Both the position numbers and the translations under genes were made by a program. Of a DNA stretch of 32,000 nt, positions 14,908 through 22,957 are shown piece after piece. The first letter of the stretch is position 1. Every line of letters begins with the position of its first letter. The notes beneath the pieces were generated by a model. The model made no database searches. It saw only the letters and a program-made list of their open reading frames with translations, and was not told the DNA's origin. The DNA is from Candidatus Korarchaeum cryptofilum OPF8 (GTDB lineage Archaea > Korarchaeota > Korarchaeia > Korarchaeales > Korarchaeaceae). The stretch spans positions 300,001-332,000 of the forward strand of contig NC_010482.1 of the NCBI RefSeq assembly GCF_000019605.1, written 5' to 3'.

Positions 14908-16080
14908 GTGGTTCACTTTGGCGGTGAGGAGGAGTTCAAGGTAACGCCTTGGGAAGTCGAGGGGGTCGTCGACTACGATAGGCTAATACTTGAGTTCGGG
15001 ACGAAGCCGCTGACTGAAGATCTAATAGAGAAGACGAGAGAGCTAACTAAAAGCTATCTCCCGATATTCCTGAGGAGGAAGTTCTTCTTCTCTCACAGGG
15101 ATTATGACTTAGTCCTCAAGGATTACGAGGAGGGGAGGGGCTTCTTCCTGTACACCGGGAGGGGTCCCTCTGGGCCAATGCACATAGGCCACATAATACC
15201 CTTCTACATGACCGCTTGGTTCCAGGAGAAGTTCGATGTGAACCTCTACATACAAGTCACGGACGATGAGAAGTTCATAATACATCCCGAGTTCGAGTTC
15301 GAGGATACGAAGAGGTGGGCGCTCCAGAACATATTCGATATAGCTGCCGTGGGCTTCAATCCGGATAAGACTTTCATATTCCAGAACAGCGAGTACACGA
15401 AGATATATGAGATAGCGATCCCCATCTCAAAGAAGATCACATTTTCAACGGCTAGGGCAGTCTTCGGTTTCAATGAGAGCAGTAAGATAGGTATAATATT
15501 CTATCCAGCTATACAGGCTGCGCCTACTTTCTTCGAGAGGAGGAGGTGCTTGATACCCGCAGCTATAGATCAAGATCCATACTGGAGGATCCAGAGGGAT
15601 ATAGCTGAGAGCTTGGGTTACTTCAAGACGGCAGCTATACATGGGAAGTTCTTCCCTCCCCTGACGGGCATCTCAGGTAAGATGAGCGCTAGCATGCCGG
15701 AGACGGCTGTCTACCTGACTGACGATCCTGAGACCGTTAGGAGCAAGATATGGAAGTACGCATTAACTGGAGGCCAGGCGACAGCTCAGGAGCAGAGGAT
15801 CAAGGGAGGGAATCCGGAAGTCTGCGTAGTATTCAAGTGGCTCGAGATATTCTTCGAGCCCGATGATCAGAAGCTGAGGAGGAGGTACGAGGACTGCAGA
15901 TCTGGAGCTATACTCTGCGGGGAGTGCAAGGACTACCTCATATCTAAAGTCCAAGCGTTCCTGAGGGAGCATTCTGAGAGGAGGAAGGCTGTTGAGCCGA
16001 TCGTGGAGAAGATGAAGTACACAGGGAAGCTGGCGAGGGAGATGTGGGATCTTCACATACCTGAGGCCCTGAGAAAATAA
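14908..16080 (+). CDS. trpS: Tryptophan--tRNA ligase, archaeal/eukaryotic type
   Basis: The N-terminus is EEFKVTPWEVEGVVDYDRLILEFGT. The HIGH motif is GPMHIGHIIPF and the KMSKS motif is KMSAS. GTG 14908 is the only in-frame start available. Confidence 0.9.
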   Translation: MVHFGGEEEFKVTPWEVEGVVDYDRLILEFGTKPLTEDLIEKTRELTKSYLPIFLRRKFFFSHRDYDLVLKDYEEGRGFFLYTGRGPSGPMHIGHIIPFYMTAWFQEKFDVNLYIQVTDDEKFIIHPEFEFEDTKRWALQNIFDIAAVGFNPDKTFIFQNSEYTKIYEIAIPISKKITFSTARAVFGFNESSKIGIIFYPAIQAAPTFFERRRCLIPAAIDQDPYWRIQRDIAESLGYFKTAAIHGKFFPPLTGISGKMSASMPETAVYLTDDPETVRSKIWKYALTGGQATAQEQRIKGGNPEVCVVFKWLEIFFEPDDQKLRRRYEDCRSGAILCGECKDYLISKVQAFLREHSERRKAVEPIVEKMKYTGKLAREMWDLHIPEALRK

Positions 16081-16101
16081 AATTTTTAATTTTCTAAGTT
16101 T
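16081..16101 (+). terminator. Oligo-T termination region after trpS
   Basis: AATTTTTAATTTTCTAAGTTT contains T5, T4 and T3 runs directly after TAA 16078-16080, between convergent genes. Confidence 0.4.
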
Positions 16102-16137
16102 ATATGGGAAACTCCGTCATCCGAGTCCTCTGAGTAG

Positions 16138-16683
16138 CTATTCATGAGCCCTATGGAGTAGGAGGAGTATTGAAGCGATGGATTTCATGTCCTTAACGCT
16201 ATCAAGATCACTCAAGTATTCCTCAGGCCTCATTAAGACCTTCTCCAGTATTTCTCCTCTCTCAGGATGCGGTATCCCAGGCTTCAGCCCCTTAGCTATG
16301 AATATGTGCATTAGCTCATCGCTATACCCCGGGGAGACGAAAGCTGATGCTACCCTCTCAACGTACTGAGCTCTATATCCAGTTTCCTCCTCAAGCTCCC
16401 TTATAGCAGCTTCCCTCGGATCCTCGCCATCCTCAACTCTCCCAGCTGGGAGCTCCAAGATCCAGGAGGCTATAGCAGCCCTATACTGCCTCAGGAAAAC
16501 CACCCTTCCATCATCCAGCAGAGGTATTATGACTACGGAACTCCCGAAGGAGACGAGGTCCTTCTCTATCTCATCCTCCCCCCTCGCTAAAATTCTCCTG
16601 AAGAGCTTGACCCTCCTACCGGAGCAGAGGAGTTCATCCCTCACTATCCTAGGCTCCTCCAAGCTCATAAAACAGGATCTCAA
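16138..16683 (-). CDS. NUDIX hydrolase (ADP-ribose pyrophosphatase-like)
   Basis: The Nudix box is GRVEDGEDPREAAIRELEEETGY. The likely real start is ATG 16668 (MSLEEPRIV), about 25 nt downstream of CATTAAAAATTCG. Confidence 0.85.
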   Translation of the reverse strand: MRSCFMSLEEPRIVRDELLCSGRRVKLFRRILARGEDEIEKDLVSFGSSVVIIPLLDDGRVVFLRQYRAAIASWILELPAGRVEDGEDPREAAIRELEEETGYRAQYVERVASAFVSPGYSDELMHIFIAKGLKPGIPHPERGEILEKVLMRPEEYLSDLDSVKDMKSIASILLLLHRAHE

Positions 16684-16702
16684 GTCGAATTTTTAATGGT
16701 GC

Positions 16703-16969
16703 TCAACCCCCTCCTAGGGGAGGGAAGAGGGAGAACTCATCCCCATCCTCCAATGCATCCTCCATCCCCGGCCATTCTCCCCTCCTAACTAAGATGTAGC
16801 TCCTAGACCCCACTTTCCTATCGATCAATTTCCCCCTGAATCCCTCGAACCTCTCCTCTATGGCTCTGAGGAGATCTAAGACAGTGGATCCCTCGGGCAT
16901 CTCAAAAGTAACATGATCAGTTCCAGCTACATCCTTGTAGAAAGCGTGGAACTTGACATTCACCCTCAT
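16703..16969 (-). CDS. MoaD/ThiS-family ubiquitin-like beta-grasp protein (SAMP-like), C-terminal diglycine
   Basis: An 88-aa protein ending DGDEFSLFPPLGGG, a family-typical C-terminus. It has its own TATA-like CTTTTAAGTTTGC upstream (16983-16995, minus sense). Confidence 0.75.
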   Translation of the reverse strand: MRVNVKFHAFYKDVAGTDHVTFEMPEGSTVLDLLRAIEERFEGFRGKLIDRKVGSRSYILVRRGEWPGMEDALEDGDEFSLFPPLGGG

Positions 16970-16999
16970 CGCATACTTGAGTAATGCAAACTTAAAAGG

Positions 17000-17422
17000 T
17001 TAGCGATCGCTTATATCCATTATCTCGGCCCCCTGATACTCAGCTATCCTCTCCGGTGAGATCTCAATGAGCCTCCTCCTAGACCCCCCTCCCCCGTAAA
17101 CCACGCGCCTCTCCATGACCTTCCTATCGATCAGAGTCCTCATTGGGATCCCCACAGGGGGGACTTCCCCCACCTCGAATCCTGTCAGTTCCTTGACCTC
17201 CTCGGGCCTCGCCAATCTTCCCCTCAGCTTACTCAGATCCAACCTAGATGTCCCATCCAAAATAGCTAGCAGGGGGCCCTCCTCAGTTATCACCACCAAG
17301 CTCTTTATTATCTGCCCTTCCTCAACTCCGAGCTCTCTAGCAGCTTGCTTAACTGTCACTACATCTCTCCCCACTTCAATTATCCTACCGCCCAGCTTCC
17401 TGACTATATCCTCTATGCTCAT
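17000..17422 (-). CDS. YbaK/ProX-like aminoacyl-tRNA trans-editing domain protein
   Basis: TVKQAARELGVEEGQIIKSLVV...LAILDG...LDLSKL...GFEVGEVPPVG...YGGGG matches the YbaK/EbsC fold pattern. There is an ATGA stop/start overlap with the upstream gene. Confidence 0.65.
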   Translation of the reverse strand: MSIEDIVRKLGGRIIEVGRDVVTVKQAARELGVEEGQIIKSLVVITEEGPLLAILDGTSRLDLSKLRGRLARPEEVKELTGFEVGEVPPVGIPMRTLIDRKVMERRVVYGGGGSRRRLIEISPERIAEYQGAEIMDISDR

Positions 17423-18150
17423 CTCTCCAGCACCCTTATCCCCCTGGCCTTGAGCTTCAATGAGTAAATGTAGCCTCCAAGTATTTCCTCGGGCCTCAAT
17501 TCCTCCAGCTCATCGTTGAACCCTCCCCCAACCTCCAAGGAGCCCTCGCCGGAGAGGATCTTTCCGTAAGTTATCTCCGGGACGAACTCAACGAACTCAT
17601 CCAATTCGATGGGCTTCAGATACCTCCTGAGGAGCCAGCTCCCGAATCCCTCAAAGGGTAGACTCTCCTCCCTCTTTGAAGGCTCTACTATTACTCTGAA
17701 TAAGTTGTAGCCCGATCTATAAGCTACTCCCCCGTATCTCTTCGCTTCGAAGAGATCGTGAAATCTAGTCATCTCTATTTGAGCCATCTTCTTGGGGAAG
17801 CCGAATACTATCCCCCTGAGGAGGGATACATCATTATCTACGTACATGAAGGGGCAGAAACCGTAAACCTTACCCTTGAACTCGACCTTAACGAATACAG
17901 CTGCTTCCTTATACTGAAGTAAGCCAGGAGATAGATAAGTAAGATCCTCAGAGCTTGGAGAGAAGGATATTATATCAGAAACATAGAACCAGAGATCTCC
18001 AAGGGGATTCAAACCATCAGGAAGAACTTTTTCCATTCTAGAGGGATCCCCTCTCGCGTGGACTGCCACAGCATCCATGACGTAAGTCCAGGGACCATCG
18101 GGAACTAGGGCAGACCTCCCCGAGGGAGTTAGCGGGCCGCTCCAGGGCAT
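17419..18150 (-). CDS. Acetoacetate decarboxylase (ADC) family protein
   Basis: The N-terminal PDGPWTYVMDAVAVHARGDPSRMEKVLPDGL and the central YVDNDVSLLRGIVFGFPKK are ADC-family-like (GREixGfPKK). Confidence 0.65.
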   Translation of the reverse strand: MPWSGPLTPSGRSALVPDGPWTYVMDAVAVHARGDPSRMEKVLPDGLNPLGDLWFYVSDIISFSPSSEDLTYLSPGLLQYKEAAVFVKVEFKGKVYGFCPFMYVDNDVSLLRGIVFGFPKKMAQIEMTRFHDLFEAKRYGGVAYRSGYNLFRVIVEPSKREESLPFEGFGSWLLRRYLKPIELDEFVEFVPEITYGKILSGEGSLEVGGGFNDELEELRPEEILGGYIYSLKLKARGIRVLER

Positions 18151-18180
18151 GGGCTTAGCTACCCCATAAAATAAAAAAGG

Positions 18181-19089
18181 TTACTCCTTGATGTAGGGCC
18201 TTCCCAAGTCCCTGGGAGCCCTCCCCCTCCTAAAGAGGGAGCTGACTATTATCAGGACCCCCAAGTAGGGTATTATCCTGAATATGTAGGAGAGAGATGT
18301 CAGGTTCAAGCCAGGGTTGATAAGCTGGATCTTGACAGGAAGATAGAGAGAAATAGCATCGAAGAAGCCGAAGATGAAGCTGCCAGCTATTGATAGGGCC
18401 GGATTCCATCCGCTCAATGCCACTATAGCCAGAGCTATGAAACCCCTTCCCGCTGAGATGTACCTAGTGAACTGGCCTATCCACCCCACCACTATATAAG
18501 CCCCTCCTATCCCAGTCAGAGTGGCCCCGAGCAAAGTAGCGAGGAACCTCGTCCTGAGGACGTTCACCCCCATAGCCTCAGCGGCTCTTGGATCCTCACC
18601 GCAAGCCCTCAATCTTAGGCCCGAAGATGTCCTGAAGAGCCAGAACCAGCAGATTATCGCTATAATCAGGGCTATGGGGAGCAGGGGAGATATGTAGAGG
18701 GGGGCCCCGAAGAATGGGATCTTTGATACCATGGGAGAGGCTCCATGATGGCCCCAGGTGTTTATCAAACCCAGTATGCTTATCCCGTATGCGAAAGTAT
18801 TGAAGCCGACGCCAGCTATTATCTGATCTCCCCTCAGGTAGACGCTTATGAATCCGTGGAGCAAGCCGGCTGAGAGGCCGGAGAGGGCGCCGGCTAGGAG
18901 GCCCAAGTAGGGGTCGTTCGTGCTGAAGGTCACGAGGGAGGATACGAAGGCTGAGAGTATGAGTATCCCCTCTAGCCCTATGTTAACTACCCCGCTCCTC
19001 TCAGTGACTATCTCACCGACGCTAGCTAGTAGGAGGGGTATCATCGCCACTAGAGCTTGAGAAGTCAGGCTCAGGAGATCCTCTATCAT
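18181..19089 (-). CDS. ABC transporter permease (BMP/nucleoside-type system)
   Basis: A multi-TM protein of the branched-chain/ribose permease superfamily. The motifs are LRACGEDPRAAEAMGVNV and VVNIGLEGILIL. It overlaps the upstream permease gene by 4 nt. Confidence 0.8.
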   Translation of the reverse strand: MIEDLLSLTSQALVAMIPLLLASVGEIVTERSGVVNIGLEGILILSAFVSSLVTFSTNDPYLGLLAGALSGLSAGLLHGFISVYLRGDQIIAGVGFNTFAYGISILGLINTWGHHGASPMVSKIPFFGAPLYISPLLPIALIIAIICWFWLFRTSSGLRLRACGEDPRAAEAMGVNVLRTRFLATLLGATLTGIGGAYIVVGWIGQFTRYISAGRGFIALAIVALSGWNPALSIAGSFIFGFFDAISLYLPVKIQLINPGLNLTSLSYIFRIIPYLGVLIIVSSLFRRGRAPRDLGRPYIKE

Positions 19090-20078
19090 CTTCTCACCCT
19101 CAAAATCCTCACCAAATAGGGGACTGAGAGGACTATCACTATCATCCCTATAAGAGCATCAGCTAGCTCCGTTGGAACTCTAGCCCTCAATTCAGCAGCC
19201 TCCCCTCCTATCAGGAGCATTGAGAGGAAAATGGATGAGAGTATTATGCCTATGGGGTTGTTCCTGCCTAGGAGGCCGGCCCCTATTCCAGCGAAGCCCA
19301 TCCCGTAGAGCCCGGACATCGTGGAATCTATAGCATGGGTGTGCCCTAGGATGAGGAGGGAGCCGCCCAGACCGCTCATAGCTCCTCCGATGATCATAGA
19401 TATTATTATTGAGCTCTCCGGATTGAATCCAGCGTATCTAGCTGTCCTAGGTGAGATGCCGACGACCCTCATTCTGTAGCCCAGGGCCGAGTGATATATG
19501 AGGAAGTACATAGCCAGAGAGGTGAGCACAGCTATAGGAAATATGATAGGTATGGAGAGTGACTGTATCCTCAGATAATCTATCCTAGCGGCCTTGGGGA
19601 CCGAGACGGATTGGTACGGCATTAGGGGATCGAAGAGGTAAGTCGATATTAGATAGAGGAGGGAGAAGTAGATCATCCAGTTGAACATTATCGAAGTTAC
19701 CACTTCGTTGACACCCCTCTTCACCTTTATCAAAGCTATTAGGGCTGAGAGAAGGCCTCCAGCTGCCATGCCAATGAGCATAGAGAGGAGGGGGTTCCCC
19801 GTAACATATGCTATCAGTAGGGAGGCTAGGGCCCCAAGGTAGAACTGCCCCTCCCCTCCTATATTGAAGACACCGACTAAAGAGGGTATTGAGAAAGCTA
19901 GGGCTGTGAGGATCAGGGGGGTGCTCCTTATCATCAGGTAAGTGGGGTTGCTCAGGCCCTCCCTTATGACTATCGAGAAGACTATGTTGGCATCGTATCC
20001 CATTAAAATGAGCATGATATAGCCGATGAAGAAGCTCAGGATTATTGAGAGGGATACCTCGAGTATTATCCTACGCAT
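19086..20078 (-). CDS. ABC transporter permease (BMP/nucleoside-type system)
   Basis: A multi-TM protein with the motifs VFNIGGEGQFYLGA and MRVVGISPRTARYAGF. It overlaps the ATPase gene by 8 nt. Confidence 0.8.
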   Translation of the reverse strand: MRRIILEVSLSIILSFFIGYIMLILMGYDANIVFSIVIREGLSNPTYLMIRSTPLILTALAFSIPSLVGVFNIGGEGQFYLGALASLLIAYVTGNPLLSMLIGMAAGGLLSALIALIKVKRGVNEVVTSIMFNWMIYFSLLYLISTYLFDPLMPYQSVSVPKAARIDYLRIQSLSIPIIFPIAVLTSLAMYFLIYHSALGYRMRVVGISPRTARYAGFNPESSIIISMIIGGAMSGLGGSLLILGHTHAIDSTMSGLYGMGFAGIGAGLLGRNNPIGIILSSIFLSMLLIGGEAAELRARVPTELADALIGMIVIVLSVPYLVRILRVRR

Positions 20079-21576
20079 TCACACCACCCATCAGCAATCC
20101 CAGCCTCTCGAGGGTGAGGTTCTCGCTCCTCTCAATCCCCACAAACTTCCCCTCATAAATAACGGCTATCCTATCGCACAACTCGAATATCTCATCCAGA
20201 TCGCTCGATATCAATATTATGGATCTCCCCTCCTCCCTGAACTTGAGTAAGGTACTCCTTATGAACTCCGTAGCGGCCACATCGAGCCCCTGAGTGGGTT
20301 CACTCACTATCAGGACTTTAGGAGCTTTTATAATCTCCCTTCCGACTAGCAGCCTCTGCTGATTACCGCCACTCAGGTACTTAACCTGACTCCTCACCGA
20401 GCCCACTATGTTGAACCTCTCTATTATCTCCCCAGCTCTACCCGAAGCTAGAGGCCAGATTATCCTGCCTCCTCTCCCCAGGAAGCTCCTCAGGCTAGTG
20501 AGGATGGAGTTCTCCATCAAGTTCATCTCTAGGACCAAGCCCACTGCCCTGGAATCCGGAATATATGCCAAGCCCTCCCTATACCTAGCTTCAGCCGGTA
20601 GGTCAGTTATATCCCTACCATCCAAGAGTATCCTTCCCCTCTCCGCCCTCCTCATCCCAGCCAGAGCTTCAGCGAGCTCCAACTGTCCGTTCCCCTGGAC
20701 ACCAGCTATCCCAAATATCTCGCCCTCATGGAGTTCGAAGGATACTCCCTTAACTGCATGGAGCCCTCTATCATCCCTCACCCATAGGTCCTCGACCCTC
20801 ATGACCTCTCCACCCGGGGAGGAGGCGCTCCTCTTAGCCGGAACGATGCCCCTGCCGACCATCATAATGGCTAGCTCCTCCTCGCTCACCGAGGGGGTTT
20901 CGTAAGTGCCCACTCTCTCCCCCTTCCTCAAGATCGTCACTCTATCCGTTATCTCCTTAGCTTCCCTCAGCTTGTGAGTTATGAAGATTATCGCGATCCC
21001 CTCTTCCCTGAGCTCCTTGAGGATCCTGAAGAGCTCCCTGCTCTCAATCGGAGTAAGGACGGATGTGGGTTCATCGAATATTATCAGTTTAGGCCTGGAT
21101 AGGAGGACCTTTATTATCTCAACTCTCTGCTGCACTCCGACGGGCAGATCCTCGACGTTCGCTTCCAGGGGGACCCTGAACTTGAGCCTCTCCATAACAT
21201 CCTCAGCTCTCCTTTTCACCTCCTCTATCCCCACCCTCTGGAAGGAGCTCAGGTAGAGATAGAAGTTCTCAAGGACGCTCATCGTGGGCACGAGGGAGAA
21301 CCTCTGATAGACCATGCTTATACCGCTCCTCATCGAGTCCCATGGCCCCTTGAATGAAACAGCCCTTCCGGAGAAGATTATCTCCCCGCTAGTTTGCTTT
21401 ATCTCCCCATAGAGGATCCTCATGAGCGTAGTTTTCCCAGCCCCGTTCTCCCCTAGGAGGCCGTGGATCTCGCCCTCCGAGGCCTCGAAGTCCACCCCCC
21501 TGAGGGCTACCACGCCATCAGGATATACCTTAGTTATCCCCCTCATCTCCACCAATTTCAACGATAACACCTCCAA
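20071..21576 (-). CDS. ABC transporter ATP-binding protein with two fused cassettes
   Basis: Cassette 1 has GENGAGKTT, LPVGVQQRVEIIKVL and IIFDEPTSVL. Cassette 2 has GVQGNGQ, LSGGNQQRLLVGREI and LIVSEPTQGLD. The true start is probably TTG 21561 or ATG 21546, downstream of GGAGGTG (21568-21574, minus sense). Confidence 0.9.
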   Translation of the reverse strand: MEVLSLKLVEMRGITKVYPDGVVALRGVDFEASEGEIHGLLGENGAGKTTLMRILYGEIKQTSGEIIFSGRAVSFKGPWDSMRSGISMVYQRFSLVPTMSVLENFYLYLSSFQRVGIEEVKRRAEDVMERLKFRVPLEANVEDLPVGVQQRVEIIKVLLSRPKLIIFDEPTSVLTPIESRELFRILKELREEGIAIIFITHKLREAKEITDRVTILRKGERVGTYETPSVSEEELAIMMVGRGIVPAKRSASSPGGEVMRVEDLWVRDDRGLHAVKGVSFELHEGEIFGIAGVQGNGQLELAEALAGMRRAERGRILLDGRDITDLPAEARYREGLAYIPDSRAVGLVLEMNLMENSILTSLRSFLGRGGRIIWPLASGRAGEIIERFNIVGSVRSQVKYLSGGNQQRLLVGREIIKAPKVLIVSEPTQGLDVAATEFIRSTLLKFREEGRSIILISSDLDEIFELCDRIAVIYEGKFVGIERSENLTLERLGLLMGGVNA

Positions 21577-21650
21577 AAGATGAACCTCCTGAAGAACTGA
21601 GCTTCAAGCTATCTGAAGCTAAAAGCCCCATATCTCGTTGAGGGCGCGAT

Positions 21651-21666
21651 AATATAAAAAATTTAA
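21651..21666 (-). promoter_or_regulatory. Oligo-T / TATA-like element after the SBP gene (possible partial terminator plus internal promoter)
   Basis: The minus-strand sequence TTAAATTTTTTATATT starts 8 nt after the SBP stop (21674-21676). It lies inside a 97-nt intercistronic spacer. Confidence 0.35.
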
Positions 21667-21673
21667 GGGAGAG

Positions 21674-22894
21674 TTAGCCCTTCTCCAGGGCAGCATCCAG
21701 GTTCCCGGCGAGAAGCTCCCTGATTATGGAATCATATTCATCGTGATTAGCTGGCATCTTGAACTTTATCTCTCCCTTCATTATCTTCTCCTTGAGTTCA
21801 TCGGCTATCCTCTGAGCGTCCCCAGGTATATAAGCCTTCCTCTGCTGATCCACGATCTTCACGACATCATCGGGAGTCATATCCTTCAATTGCTTCGCCT
21901 CATAGGCGAGAGTAGCGAACTCCTTCACACCATCGAGGTCCCATACTCCGACTCCTCCTTCCTTGAGTCCAAGAGTCGTTATCCCTCCCTTCCAAGTCCC
22001 CTTGACTACCATCTCTATAGCGGTGTAAACAGCGACGTCTACCCTCTTAGCTCCACTCAACGGTATATCCTTCGGGGATATCCATTCCTGACTAGCATCC
22101 TGGCCTATAGCTAGGGCTGCGATCTTCCCCTGCCTGGAGTTCCACTCCTTAACGGCGTTGAACATGCCTATATGCGTCAAGCCAGCTAAACCATAGAGGA
22201 CCTTGACGTCCTGCTGGAGCAGCGTCATGGCAGCGTTGTAGCCAGCTTGAGTATCAGTGAAGGTACCGGTGTACTGCCAGACGAAATCCATCCTCTGTCC
22301 CGTGGCCTTCTCATAGTACTTGACACCGTAGAGATAGCCGACGTGGAACTTCCAGAGGGGAGGAATATCCATCCCAGCTACAGCACCCACTTTGTTCCCT
22401 CCTAAGGATTTGGCCATCCCCGAAGCTAATACTCCGACAATGGCTGCGCATTCCTGCTCCCTGAACAATATGTCCACCTCATTCTTCCTCGCGATCCCGG
22501 TCGTGGAATCTATTAATGCGAACTTCTGATCCGGGAATTTATCAGCTGTCTTGTTCAGAGCATCGGTCCACAGGAACCCTATCAAGACTAAGAGGTCATA
22601 TTCGCCCCTCTTACTCAGATCCTCAAGTAATGGGACCATGTCCGCGAGTGATTTAGGTGTTAGAGTCTCTATTTCTATACCGAAATCCTTCTGGGCCTTA
22701 GTAGCTCCTAGATAGGCCATATCATTGAAGCTGAGATCTCCCCTCCCTCCGACATCGAAGAGTATGGCGACCTTGACCTTCTTAGTGGGCGTCGGTTGAG
22801 CTGGCTGAATGAGGAAATAGGCTGCTACCGCAGCCACTATTATGATCAGGATGAGGAGGGCTGCCCCCACTTTACTCAGACCATCTCTCCTCAT
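21674..22894 (-). CDS. BMP-family (Med/PnrA-like) substrate-binding protein, probable nucleoside ABC receptor
   Basis: KVAILFDVGGRGDLSFND, GFLWTD and VGVWD are BMP-type motifs. An N-terminal TM anchor is followed by a Pro/Thr linker. ATG 22894, with GAGGTG 7 nt upstream, is preferred to GTG 22903. Confidence 0.85.
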   Translation of the reverse strand: MRRDGLSKVGAALLILIIIVAAVAAYFLIQPAQPTPTKKVKVAILFDVGGRGDLSFNDMAYLGATKAQKDFGIEIETLTPKSLADMVPLLEDLSKRGEYDLLVLIGFLWTDALNKTADKFPDQKFALIDSTTGIARKNEVDILFREQECAAIVGVLASGMAKSLGGNKVGAVAGMDIPPLWKFHVGYLYGVKYYEKATGQRMDFVWQYTGTFTDTQAGYNAAMTLLQQDVKVLYGLAGLTHIGMFNAVKEWNSRQGKIAALAIGQDASQEWISPKDIPLSGAKRVDVAVYTAIEMVVKGTWKGGITTLGLKEGGVGVWDLDGVKEFATLAYEAKQLKDMTPDDVVKIVDQQRKAYIPGDAQRIADELKEKIMKGEIKFKMPANHDEYDSIIRELLAGNLDAALEKG

Positions 22895-22920
22895 AAGGGG
22901 CACCTCGATGTAGCGGAGCG

Positions 22921-22937
22921 GAAGCTTAAAAGCTTGG
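22921..22937. promoter_or_regulatory. Shared symmetric TATA-like element between the SBP and ADH genes
   Basis: GAAGCTTAAAAGCTTGG (AAGCTT-AA-AAGCTT) lies about 29 nt from ADH ATG 22958 and about 35 nt from SBP ATG 22894. Confidence 0.35.
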
Positions 22938-22957
22938 GGATGGGCATCAACTCCGCG

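Noticed and set aside
16703-16711. Triple glycine (GGG) instead of GG at the MoaD/SAMP-like C-terminus
   Set aside because: The last two residues are still Gly-Gly, so the functional diglycine terminus is intact and this is not an anomaly.
22796-22957. Longer start for the Zn-ADH ORF (MSWLNEEIGCYRSHYY...)
   Set aside because: The extension overlaps the first 100 nt of the divergent SBP gene and the shared TATA-like element. MDR dehydrogenases begin with M-(K/R)-A-x-V, as at ATG 22958.
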